Shown here one piece after another: positions 52,393-64,000 of a DNA stretch of 64,000 nt. Numbering within the stretch: position 1 is the first letter of the stretch; every line of letters begins with the position of its first letter. Where the stretch lies: contig MU053934.1 of assembly GCA_013239625.1 (NCBI GenBank), forward strand, positions 458,074-522,073. The letters are read 5' to 3'. Both the position numbers and the translations under genes were made by a program. The notes beneath the pieces are model-generated. The model worked only from the letters and a program-made list of their open reading frames with translations, searched no databases and had not been told where the DNA came from. This DNA comes from Lama guanicoe. Its lineage: Eukaryota.

Positions 52393-54094
52393 ATATATTC
52401 CCTCCAATAATACATCCATTTCTCTCTAGTTTTCCTGCCACTTTATGAATCGAAGCCTCATCATCTCACATGTGTCCCTACTACAGCAGCCGGCCCTCTC
52501 AGATCACACCTGAAATCATTCAACGTTTTCCCCCAGCACTCAAATCCTAAGCTCTTTGCCATGCCTCCAAGGACCTGCTTGGTTTGACTTTTAACTCTCT
52601 AGGGCTGCATCTCTGGCCACTCTCCCTTTAATTCTCCTCTATACCAGCCACATTCACTTCTGGTATGTACCCCAGGGCCTTTGCACGCGTGCTCCCTCTG
52701 CCTGGAATGCTTCTCGCTCTGCTCTTTGCTGGACTGAGTCCTTCTCACTCTTCAATTCTAGGTTTTAAAAGCTGTCAACTCAGAGAGGTCTTCTCAGACA
52801 CTCCCCTGCCTAAACACTGCCCCCCCACACCTCTTCATTTGATCTATTACCACACCCTGGGTGTTTTTTTTACAGAACTCATCCAGTTTTGGAATTACAC
52901 AATTATCTGACTACTCATTTAATGGCTGCCTCACCCACTAGATTTTAATCTCCACTTGGGCAAAATCCATGACTGCTTTACATTCAGACACAGAGGAGGC
53001 TTCCCTTGAATGGATGGATGAACAAATCAATGGATGAAGGTAATGGGAGAACCTCAGTGAGCAGGCGCCTTGCTGTCGCTCTAGTGTTCTTCCAGAAGCC
53101 CTTTGAAACAGGAGCCTGCCAACCAGCTGTCTGACTGGGCACCACATGTAAAATGAGAACCAGAATCCGCACAGCATCTCAAGTAGGTCCCTGAAGCAAC
53201 AGTGTGTCCCTTAGAGACCCTTCGTGAGGTTTGAGGTCTCTGCTGCAAGGCTGACTTTGGCAACTTTCTCTCCTTTCTCTGCCCCAGGAGGAAGAGAACA
53301 CATGAGGCATCGGGCCTCTCCCTCTGGGCCTGGAGCATCCCTCCTGAAGGCCTGTCCTGCAGTCACTTCCTCCCTTCATCTCCTATCTGCACATCAGGCC
53401 CCAAAGCATCATCCCTATTGGTCTGTCCAACTTGCTCTCCCCATCTCCTTCTTCATCTGGATAATGGCACCTGGCCTCAGAGGCAGTGTTTAAAAATTGA
53501 TCATGTGAACTACAGGAGTAAGAACCACATGCAATGTGCTTTGAAACAAACACTGACAACGTGGAGATCACATTGTTTTGAGGACTTGAAGGGTCCCTCC
53601 CAGACAACTTACTTTGTCTTGATCCCACTGTGAGCTCCAATTCTCCTGCTATAGGGAAACATGTCCTTTTGCCCTCAGAACCACTGTGATGCCCCAGATT
53701 AAGGACAGAGGCCTCCCTAGGGTCTCAAACCCAGTCTTCAACCACCCATTTTCCCAAAACTCCGCAGTCAAGACACACCTAAGACTTCAGCCCATTTTAT
53801 TTCTAATTATGTTAAAAAAACAAACCCCCAGGCACAGCCGGCATTGCATGCGGGCTTCACAGCATTTACAGAGGACAGGGAGCTCTGCACGTTGGCTCCC
53901 ATCTCTTTTCACAAGGATCAGGGAAGAGCAAATGAAACCCAAAATATGATTACACAGCAAGGTGAGATGCTACAGTAGTATTAATAACATTAAAATGAAT
54001 TAGTTGAATGTTAACTGCTTGACGGATCAAATTCTAAGGACAGCAGACGCTACTACCTCCTTGCTACGACATTCACAAAGCATGGAGAAGGGTA

Positions 54095-54462
54095 TGTCTT
54101 AGTCCACTGGGGTTCCTCTAGCAAACATACCATAGAATGGGTGGCTCAGACCACAAACAATTATTTCTCATAGTTCTGGAGGCTGGGAAGCCCTAGATCA
54201 AGGCGCTGGTAGATTCCAAGTCTGGTGAGGCCCCTGCTTCCTGGTTCATAGAAAGCCACCTTCTCCTTGTGTCCTCACGTGGCAGAGAAGTTGGGGGAGC
54301 TCTGCGAGGTTTCTTCCATAAGGGCACTAATCCCATTCACAGGGGTCCCACCCTCATGACCTAATCACCTCCCAGAGGCCCCACCTCCTCATACCATCAC
54401 ACTGGGGGTCAGGAGTCAACATACAGATTTTAGAGGGGCACAGACATTCAGCCCACACAACA
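54095..54462 (-). mobile_element. MaLR LTR (MLT1A-like)
   Basis: TGTCTTAGTCC...ATTTCTCATAGTTCTGGAGGCTGGGAAG...CCCTCATGACCTAATCACCTCCCAGAGGCCCCACCTCC...CATTCAG. Confidence 0.9.
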
Positions 54463-54784
54463 GGGGAGAAGGAACTAACTATTACGTGCCATGGTGCTGC
54501 CTCAAAGTGGTGCAAATCGGTGAAGGAAGTACTGCAAAAAGGAAAGAATATTCTAACATCTACCAGCGGGAAAAACTAAACTGGGCTGAGCACATCTCTC
54601 AAGACGTTACTGCTCTTTATAAAGGGATGGCCTCTGTTCTTTAAAAAAGGGATTGCCCCACCAAACAAATTATATTTCAACACTCAGCACCAGGACATGA
54701 TTCTCCCATGAAGAATCAATATGCTTCCCTACATAAGACCATAGCCACTCTTACAAAACTCCTCCTGTTTTCTACAGCTACCTT

Positions 54785-55010
54785 TAAAAAGGTAAAAAGA
54801 AATAGAAATTCATTTTAAGAATATGTTTTATTTAACTTAGCATGTCTAAAATCTGAGCATTTGAACACGTACGTACCCAACACAAAATATTAATGAGATA
54901 TTTTACACTCTTTCTCATTCTAAGCCTTCAAAATCCAGTGCACCATATATTAGTAATATATATTCATTGGAACTAGCCACACTTCAAGTGGGCAAGAGCC
55001 ATGGTGTCAG
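54785..55010. mobile_element. MER33/MER3-like hAT-Charlie fragment
   Basis: AAAAGGTAAAAAGAAA...TTTTATTTAAC...ATTAATGAGATATTTTACA...CTTCAAAATCCAGTG...CTAGCCACACTTCAAGTG. Confidence 0.72.
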
Positions 55011-55595
55011 GTGGTTCAAGTTTAAATATCTTGTTTAGGGAAGTAAGTTTGGTTATGGACTTGAGAATGGACTGGAGGCAGACAGCCCACGGGGCTTTGT
55101 AGGAAGACAGGCTGGACACACAGCAGCCCCAGCTGGCGGCAGCAGAACTAGAGAGGATGCGGGCGCGCTCAGGAAAGAGGGAGACGTTCCCTAGGCAACT
55201 ATGATGTCGATACCAGCCACCATACTTACGCTTCCATGTGGCCGTAAAAAGTCAGTCTTCATAACCAACCTGGGAAAAGTCCACTTCACAGATGAGGGCG
55301 CCCGGGCTCAAAAGGTTAGGTAACTCAGGGGACACAGCTGGGAAGAGGTGCACTGGATTAACCCCAAGACCTCTGACTTCAGATCCAATGTGCTCTCCTC
55401 AGCATGGCAGTTAAGGCCCCCGAGATCTGAGTCCTGCCAACCTAGTCCCTCCAGTCCCACCCAAGTCCAATCTCTCAGGGCGGGACCACCGCATGAATGA
55501 GGGGTGCCATGTCCTTCACACTTCCCTGCCTTTCCGCCTGCTGCCTCCTCTTCCTACCGGACTAACTCCTGATGATCTACACAGTAAGCCTAGAA

Positions 55596-55812
55596 CAGAG
55601 GCTCTCTACTGGGGATGATTTTGCCCCTTGCCCAGAGACATTTGGCAATGTCTAGAGCCATTTTTGATGGTTGAGACTGGAGACAATGGGGGTACTACTA
55701 GCGTCTAGTGGGTAAAGGTCAGGGACGCTGCTAAACAGCTTACCAGGCACAGGACATCCCCCAGACAAGTATCAAGCCCAAATGACAACAGGGCTGAGGC
55801 TGAGAAACTGTA
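55596..55812. mobile_element. MER20 hAT-Charlie element
   Basis: GATTTTGCCCC...GACATTTGGCAATGTCTAGAG...CTAGTGGGTAAAGGTCAGGGACGCTGCTAAACA...GCTGAGGCTGAGAAAC. Confidence 0.88.
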
Positions 55813-57186
55813 GTCTAAGGCACCACCTCTCCAGGGGGGACCCATCCCTCATTGAAGACCTCAGAGCATCCTTCCATGGGACACACAACCATGGAAGAAT
55901 TACAGATTCACCACAGTCGTCTCCTCCTTCGAAGGCATCTCCCTTGGCCAGGCGAAGCGGAGTGCGCTCAGCTGCCTCCCAGGTACTTTTCCTCATCTCC
56001 ACCCCTTCCATTACACCATGCACCCTGGATTCTGCTTTTTAAGGGCAAGGACTCACGTTTAATGGGGACATCAGTAGGCGGGCAGTGTAAATATCACTTC
56101 TAGCACAGAGCGCTCTCTGGGGTGACACAGGTGGAGGAGCAAAAAGGGGAAAAAGAATCGCAAAGCAATCAAAAATTTCCACTTACAACATTAACCTCTT
56201 TGAACAATGCATTGCCAAACCGATCTTTAATGCAAATCAGTCTTTCCAGAGGATACACACTTTTCCTGGGGTCAGACTGCCGCTCCGGGAAGGCTGATTT
56301 TTGTGTTTTTCTTCTGAATGTTAAATCAGCACTTAATCACATCCACGAGGCTACCCGTGATGCCACCCATCGGACTGTGTTGGTCCGACTGGTGGGGGAT
56401 TACGTGTCTAACTTGCAGAGTCTGTTTTTCCCTCGCGTACAGAGGCCTATGGAGATTTTATGCAAATATCTCTTGTGGCAAATGAAAATGAAGGCAGTGA
56501 TTTCTTTACCTTTTCTCTACTCTTCCCCACTCATCGATTCCACGCAGGCCGCGTTCACTGGGCGTACACGCTCTATTCCAGGCCTGGGGCGTGGGGAGAG
56601 GGATACAGAGGTGGAGATGACAGGGCCCCCACCCTTGAGAAGCCCTATGAGAATGCAGAGGAAAGACACAGAGCCCATGAATGTGAACGCAAGACAGGAC
56701 CAGGGGAGGCAGGGTTCCCAGGAGAAAAAAAATCGGATCTCAGCCAAAGAGGATGCTGTGATGTCAAAAGGCTGGCGAGGAAAGAGCCGTCATCCCTGGC
56801 AGAGGGGACCACCAGGAAAAGGGAAAGGGCACGTCTGAAACGGGGATGGCAGCCAACCACTCCTTCCAGAGGACGGTGCCCAGAGCCATCACATGACAAG
56901 GCTGATGGGTGGAGGGAACGGGACTTGGATGGCCTTGGATACTAAGTGAAGAACGCAAACTTCATCCTACAGCTCCCGGGGAGCTACTGAAGATTCCTGA
57001 GCAGGAATGACAGCATCTGTACTTAAGGAAACCAACAACTCCACAAACAGTGTGAGGACCAGGTTGGTGGAGGAGAAGGTGCTGCCCAGAGGTCAAGTGG
57101 ATGCCTGGGAGCCACGGCAATACACAAGTTCTTAATTTGGGGACATTTCCGTTAATGAATTGCTGATCTGGTCCATATATGGGTCC

Positions 57187-57311
57187 AGTGAACTGAATGG
57201 ATCCCCCAAAATTCATATAATGAAACCCTAACCCCTAATATGATGAGATTAGGAGGTGGGGGTCTTTGGGAGTAGTCAGGTCATGAGGGTGGAGACCCTA
57301 TGAATGGGTTT
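57187..57311 (+). mobile_element. MaLR LTR 5' half (MLT1A-like)
   Basis: ACTGAATG...CCCCCAAAATTCATAT...AAACCCTAACCCCTAAT...GGTCATGAGGGTGGAG. Confidence 0.75.
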
Positions 57312-57314
57312 ATA

Positions 57315-57508
57315 TGTCGGCTCCAAATTTTTCCTTTTAAAAGGTTACCAGTCAGACTGAATTAGAACCCACTCTAATCCAGTGATCACATCCTAACTAA
57401 TGACATTTGCAATGACCCTATTTCCTGATAAGAATATATTCTGAGGTCCTGGGGGCTGAAATTTCAGCGTATGAATTTTTTCAGGGGACACAATCCATCC
57501 CCTAACAG
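57315..57508 (-). mobile_element. MaLR LTR 5' half (MLT1B/C-like), opposite orientation
   Basis: CCAAATTT...ACCAGTCA...ACATTTGCAATGACCCTATTTCC...TTCTGAGGT...TATGAATTTT...GGGGACACAAT...TAACA. Confidence 0.75.
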
Positions 57509-58191
57509 TTACCTTCACCATCACACAAAACTCAAGAAAAGAAACCACCACGAGGCAGAGTCAGGAAGAGGTATTTTAGTTCAACAGGGTCAGAGATACC
57601 CCATTCTCAGAGGCCACGGGTCAAAGAGCGCAGAACTGTCTCCAGGCAACCGGAGGATGGACAGGCTGGCCTGAACTCTACTAGAGGTCTCAACACCCTA
57701 AATGGTGTGAGACAAAGAGCCTGAAACCAAGCTGCAGAACATCTCATTCCGGCAATGTACTCCGGGACCCACCTGAACACTCACTCTGTCTGGGCCTCGG
57801 GAGCCAGCGAAAATAATGACAGGCTCCGTGACTGATCTCTGACACCCAGAACACGGCATCCGCCTATCAGTCCCGAAATCCATCGGGGATTTAATTCCCT
57901 CTTCTGCGGGGCTGCAGGACCATTCATGGCGTCTAACAATCTCTCCCTTGTCTAGCTCCAGGTAAGAACTTTCAGCTAACGTTCCTGCCACCTTCAAATG
58001 AAGTCAGATTCAATCGCAGGCATCCAGGCATCTATAAAAAAAAAAATCCAATTGCTCCAATATATCTCACTCACACAACGCGTTCGACAGATGCAGCACG
58101 TAAAGTAAACAGCCTAGTTAAGAAGTGCTAGTTCATTAGTTGTGGGGCTGTCAGGAGAGCCCAATAGCTGTGATAACACACAAAGCTGTCC

Positions 58192-58401
58192 CCGTCTTAG
58201 AAGGCAAGCTACATGCTTTCCATTTTTATCACCCAATTCATAACCTTGCTGTCTGGCTTTAAGAATCAATAGCCTGGTGGTTTTGGTATCCGATACATTT
58301 GTCTTAGTTTGGACGTATTTCATTTCCCTCGCCACTTGAAGGGAGCGGGGTAAGGCGAATTGTTCCTCTCGTGGCATTTGTTTTTCCAAATCTATAATTT
58401 C
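58192..58401 (-). mobile_element. Ancient non-mammalian-type L1-clade ORF2 fossil (putative)
   Basis: Translation EIIDLEKQ...QTK.....T.......LKARQQGYELGDKNGKHVACLLRR matches the recalled LKxRQxxYExGDKxGKxxAxxLR motif of fish/amphibian/reptile L1 ORF2p. Confidence 0.6.
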
Positions 58402-59979
58402 ACACTGACGTGTTCCACAAACCAGTGAAGGCAAAGAGGGAAAGAGAGCAGATATCAGAGGCCCCATCCCAGGATCAACGAAGCCTCCAACTGGGGTCAT
58501 GTGGGATGACTCATTTAACAAGTTTGCACGGGCAAAAGACAACTGGTCTACCCAGGGTGACCCATCATTGCCTTAGCAAAGAATTTTTATCTAGTACTTA
58601 CTACGCGCAAACCCTCTGCTAAATAATTTATGTGAATTGTCTCATCTGTTCTAAGAAGTACCTGAAAAAAATGCTACTATTTTATACACACACACACACA
58701 ATTAGATATATATATTTAGTTATTTTTATATTTATTAGAGCACTGACATTGAAAAAAAAGAAGACAATTCCAGCTTTATGGATAAGAGAAAGAAACTTAA
58801 AGAATAAGCATATTTAAGGCAAATCAACATATACATGCACGGACTCAAAATAACTGGGTGTAAGCCTAAAAGAGAAGTTGGGGAAGGAGCAGGGAGCAGT
58901 TCTTGAATCCAATACAAATTATCTGAATAAGGAAAGTGGGGCTCAGACAAGGGAATGACACATCCACAGTCATCCAGAGAGCAAAGGACAGAATTACGTC
59001 TAGATTCTGAATTCTCGTCCTCCTGATCTGCTGTTTCAGTTTTATCATCATCATCACCATCGTCATCATCAAGTCCACACGTAATTTTTTAAAATGTTTA
59101 AAGGACCAAAATATAGAAAGACTTGTGATTTGGAGGCATCCAAGATGGAAGAGAGAGAAAAATCCTTCAAGAACCTCCCAGTCCAAATCCACAGAAACAG
59201 AAAGTGTTTTCCCGTGTCCTCAAGATCATATAAGGAGTCCAATGCCTGTCTTCTCAGTCGCCTATCAGAGCACTCGGCAAAATCTATTTTAGTTAGTTGG
59301 GTCTGGATTTCCCTCATCAGAGAGTGAGTCCTTTTGAACAGGGACTATGCTTTTTTCAGGAAAAGAACAATTTTGGAAGAGACATTTGAGATTTACCAGA
59401 AGGCAGACTGGAGCCGGGGGATGGGAAAAGAGAAAGAAGGCTGAGAAATGAGAGTTTCCATGAAAGGCAGAAGAGCTGACTGCTACTCTGTACTCCAGGC
59501 AGAAGAGTTGTAACTGTCTGTTAATTTAATCAGACAAATATCCACCGCAGCCTACTGTGTGTGACAGATCTAGCTGGCAGGAGGGAACACGATCTTAAAA
59601 CAAGACGAGCAACGTTAGTGCCACTGCATGATTCTGACAATCTTGTGTACAGGAGGCTCGAAAGTGCCAGGTGGCATGAGTAAAACCAATCAGCGCTGAG
59701 CCACTAAGACCACCTTTCACTTTCTTCCTCCCTTCTTCTCCTTTTGTGCATGACGAGTCAGGACAACCTCCAACCCATCCTTTGGGGACCACCTCTTTAG
59801 TGACGCTGACCCAGACTCCTTTGAAAGACCCCCCCAAAAAAAACCCTCTTTAATTAGAATGCTTTTTCTCTTTTGTTTAACAATTGCAACCACTGTTTTT
59901 ATTGCTAATGAATAAAGCAATAATGTTACTAATAATGTTACTAATAGAAAATGGTTAGTACCATTTTCTATCAAATCCT

Positions 59980-60180
59980 GAGCAGCCTCTTTGTACCAAG
60001 CACTGTATTTTAAATGCTGTCCATACGGTGTCTTACGGAAATCCAACCCAGTAGATTAGGTGGTACAATCCCCATCTTATGGAAGAGAAAACCGAGCAAT
60101 TTGCCCAACATCGCACAACCGGTGAGCGATGCAACAAGAATGGAAACTCAGCCATCAGACTCCAGAACATCTGTGTTCCA
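59980..60180 (-). mobile_element. MIR fragment
   Basis: TGTACCAAGCACTGT...ATCCCCATCTTATGGAAGAGAAAAC...AATTTGCCCAACATCGCACA. Confidence 0.6.
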
Positions 60181-62984
60181 CCACACGTCCTGCTTGTAGA
60201 GCGGGACCCCGGGCGGTTAACTAAAGCATTTCTGAATGCTCCTCCTAATTTGTGGGAACAGAAGTTGAAGGTAAAGATCTCTCATGTCCTAATTTGCTTT
60301 TCAAACCACTGCAGAGTTTAGGAACGCCAATACAAAATTATACAATGTGCTGAAAAGTTACAATGAAAGTGACTTTCTAAACCTCAAAGAGGTCTGTCTG
60401 CTTTCAGGAGATAGTTGCAGGTAATAATAAGACAAAGTGAATATAATATTTACATGTAGATATAAATTAAAAAATACATACACACAGAATCAGGCACACA
60501 GGTGCATATATAGTTTATATTCACACATATAGTAACATATATACTATATACAGTATCCAACATATAAACATGATGTATATACATGCATATACATCATTTT
60601 ACTTAACTTTACTATCCATTTTCTGAACTACGAAATTGAGTTCCATAGGTAATAAAGTCACTTGATGAGTAACTGGTCAAACCAGATCTCACACACTTTC
60701 TAGCATTCTTTCTAGCACACCTCACCCATTAATTCTGGAAGGGCTGCTGTGTTCACGGTCCACCAGGCTGACAATGAACACAACGGAAGGAACTAAAACA
60801 TGAAGAAAATCCAGTGTGTTTCTATAAACCTCTGAGAAGTTTAAAAAGGAAAAAAAAAAAGTCTCTAAAACCCACACATTTCGTTCATGCAGCCAGTTGA
60901 GGAAGAAAAAAAAAATACACACCCCAATTTGTTCTTGTTTACAAATACTTTTAAGCTGTTTGTCAAACAAAATGAGTTTTTCTGCCAGACGAGATTCCAA
61001 TTTTCTAAGTTCATTAGTGGCTGATGAACAGAAAGGGTCACCCTGATGATCTGATAATTTGGCCCTGACTCTTGTCAAAGCGATTAAGAAAAAAAAAAAT
61101 CCAAGCTGTCAGGAGGAAAAGGAAATGCTATTTGATCCAATTTGTGCACTACTTCTGTACAAACAAGGAGGAGATATTTACAGGCATGCTGTATTAACTC
61201 TCCACCAGGGCAGGATGGCAAAAGAAATAAAAGGAAAGAGGCAGAGAATGTTTAAAATGCTCCGAGTTGGAAGCCACAGGCAGCCCTAAATTGCCTGGAG
61301 GCCAACTCTTCCTCTTTTTTTTTTTTTTAAATCCTTTAGGTAGAAAAAACATGCTTTCGAATGATATAACTCAGGATCACTAGGAAATGAGGAATTCCTT
61401 AAGAAGCCTGCCATTTCTGGCGTTAAGTGGCGTGTGCTATGCAGACTCTGGGAAGATGAAGAAGGTGGCTTTCCAAATTCTTACCAAGTTCTAATACGGC
61501 CCTTGGTAGGAAGGATAACTCTATTTTTTAACTATTACTTTCATTGCATCATGTAAAGGAACACCAAGGTTCTTATTCAACTGGAATAATAAAGTACTCT
61601 CCCAATCACCCCATCATGAGTTATCAAGGTAAGATTCAATATTGCTACTCCACAGCCAAAGGGCACTTCTCTTTTGAGGAGCAAGTCACATTCAGTCGCA
61701 GTTACAGCCCTTGGAATTTCACTTCAGACTTTGCAGAGCTGGGAGAGGTCACCTAGGAAAAGATGGATTCTTTTTTTTCCAGGAACTGGGAAATGGTAGG
61801 AAATATTCTGACCTTATACAAAGGCACCAGGGAGGGAGGCCGGAGCCCCAGCTCGCTCCTGACTCCCTCCCAAGGGTCTCAGAGCATCCTCTTCCTTCCA
61901 GATTCTCCTCTCCTTTACCCCTTAAACTCCCCGCTGGTCGCAATTCCATAAGCTCAGGGAATACCACTCCTTTCTCACATTTACCATCTTTACAAAATAC
62001 ACTTACTTGCAAGGTCATTTTATTTCTTTACTGTCTTCCCCTCTAGAGTGTAAGTTCCATGGGGCTTGGTTCTTTCTAAGTAAAGTAAATAACACACTTT
62101 ACTTTCAAATAATGGCTGATAATATTTTTCACCCAGTTTTAAACAGGAACTACAGAACACCTTAGAAACACCTTGACTTACCGCTTAACCAGAACCTCTG
62201 TGAAAGCACTGGTGAGGCCAGCTTCAGTGCATGAGGACCATGAGGCATTCTGGTGACTTAAATCCAAGAGGTGATGTTATCATCCTTAGCAGGAAGTAAG
62301 GGCAGGTGGAAATTGATCAGGATATCTTTTTTTTCCCCCCTGTGATCATCTTAAAAACAGGTCTTCATGGTGAAGTCTCAATACTCTTTCGAAATTTCTT
62401 TTAATTTCTAGAATTTCAGATTTCCCCACTTGACACCAGATGTAAAATAATGGACATTTCAAAACCAAATACAATCAATTTTATGACTGGCCTTTGGAAT
62501 ATCCTTCCTCCAAATTATCCATCAGGTGTCAACTCCTAACCCTCATGGGACTTCCAGACCCTGACTCAGTTGTCACCTCCTTGATGAAGCCTTCCCCATC
62601 AGGCCGACCTCAGTTCCAGCAGAGTGAGAAAATCAAGCACTCAATTCAGGTTTTGAAAATCTGTGCATTTTAGTTCAAAAGGACTTGGTGAGAAGGTTTC
62701 TTCCTCCCTTTTCAACTCTCAGTATGGCGCTAGTATTTCCTTATTGCCCTCCAACTCTCAACAAGGGGAACTGAGAATTCACACCACATGCTTCTGGCTG
62801 GCAGCAGCACCTGGCCAGACTGTAACGCAGAGAGGATGGCTGGTCTGGTCATCTGCTACTCAGGGAGAGTGGTATCCGTTTCTTAAATCACCATAAATGT
62901 ATTTACATAAACAATGAGGTTTTCAGAAGACGTGGCCAAACACTGAACAGGAAGACGGGAATGAGAGTTTACAAAGCCCTGCCC

Positions 62985-63100
62985 CACTGTAAACTTCTTG
63001 AGGGCAGGGATGGAGGGTCCAGCTGGTTCTCAGCCGTGTCCATGTACTTGACCGAGCACTCGGAACAAAGGAACCACTCAATAACTATTTGTGGAGGGAA
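62985..63100 (+). mobile_element. L2 3' end
   Basis: ACTGTAAACTTCTTGAGGGCAGGGA...GAGCACTCGGAACA...CACTCAATAACTATTTGT. Confidence 0.65.
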
Positions 63101-64000
63101 CCTGAGACTCAGGGACACACGCTGAATCGTGCTAGAGACAGCAGGAATGTAAACCACGTCTTCTTACTCCGAGCCCAAAATGTTTTTCAGCTTTGGAACT
63201 CTCTACCAAACGGCTTCAAAAGCCAATAAATATTTGTTAAGTGAATAAAGAGAAAACTAAGTAGTTCTTAACCTTGAGGCATTCATAACTCATCAGAAAT
63301 ACTTAGAACTCATACCACCCGGGGACTGCCATTTATCTTTCTGCCTTCAAAGAGACGATGAAAGACCAGGCTGTACCTCTGTGCAAGGTGACCAAAGTTG
63401 AGGTTTACCTTGACCGTCACAAAGACTGAGAAAGCCCACATGCACAGGATGCACCAGTCTGACATGCCACCTAAATTTAGCAAAATAGAAGATAAAATTG
63501 ATGGGTATTCCCAAAAGCTGGTTTGCATCTTTTTTCCACAGCAATACCTATCCAGAATATTTATTTAGATGACTTCTGAAGTTTCAATCCTTTTTTTTTT
63601 TTTTTTGCTCCAAAATGCCCGCAGGCACATGTCCCTTCAAGGTGAACATCAAGTTACAAATTCTACCAAAAACAACCGCAATAACTTTTCTTTTTATACG
63701 CCATAAACACAATTTCCTTAAGAGAGCATAAGAAGCTCTGTTCGGTAACTTGCATTAGCCATGACGACAAGACGTTTAAGTGAAGAAAGAACCCGCTTTC
63801 CTAGAAGTCAGTACGGAAAGCTCAGGAACGGATGAGATAAATTAAGAAGTCCATGTGCTCTATGCTGAAAAAGTATAGCCATCTTCAAACTTTCACCAAG
63901 CAATTTTGATGTGAGGAGGATAGTCTGACAGCAGAGCTAAAGAAAAAAACAGTAAAAGGCAGTCCAGCAGGCGGGTGTGGGGCCACTTCCGATAGGGGCG

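Larger units (their letters stand above)
50700..53030 (+). mobile_element. L2 LINE remnant (split by the L1 at 51434-52392)
   Basis: RT-core-like GCTGATGACTCCCACACTTGTATCTCTAGCCC at about 51160, CCCAGGGCCTTTGCACGCGTGCTCCCTCTGCCTGGAATGC, and a TGAATGGATGGATGAA 3' tail. The 5' boundary is uncertain. Confidence 0.65.

Noticed and set aside
56122..56838. 238-aa ORF
   Set aside because: GTG start, antisense to LARGE1, 3' part in L2-like sequence, no recognisable protein.
59918..59945. Tandem duplication of AATAATGTTACT
   Set aside because: A two-copy 12-bp slippage event with no functional indication.
1..64000. CRISPR array, operon or prokaryotic defence system
   Set aside because: No regularly spaced direct repeats or gene-dense segments; the sequence is mammalian intron throughout.

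Overview
Mammalian genomic DNA, most likely a camelid (alpaca/camel). The species call rests on five tRNA-derived SINEs resembling the camelid Vic-1 family plus artiodactyl-type L1 3' ends. The window lies inside the LARGE1 gene on the minus strand. The only recognisable host exon is the first coding exon (44390-44577; CDS 44390-44495, [16 protein letters not shown]...), with canonical splice sites. The rest is intronic: many L1, L2, MIR, MaLR/ERV LTRs and DNA transposons, plus repeat-poor candidate regulatory blocks. Almost all ORFs in the track are spurious or transposon-derived. I found no new multi-gene system. The most notable observations are (1) a stop-free fossil at about 58.2-58.4 kb resembling fish/amphibian/reptile-type L1 ORF2 rather than mammalian L1, (2) a 17-codon uORF just upstream of the LARGE1 start, (3) an L1 twin-priming inversion with a perfect 22-bp stem, (4) two intact ERV1-type solo LTRs and (5) several nested insertions. 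Repeat family names come from recalled consensus sequences, and boundaries of old repeats are approximate.
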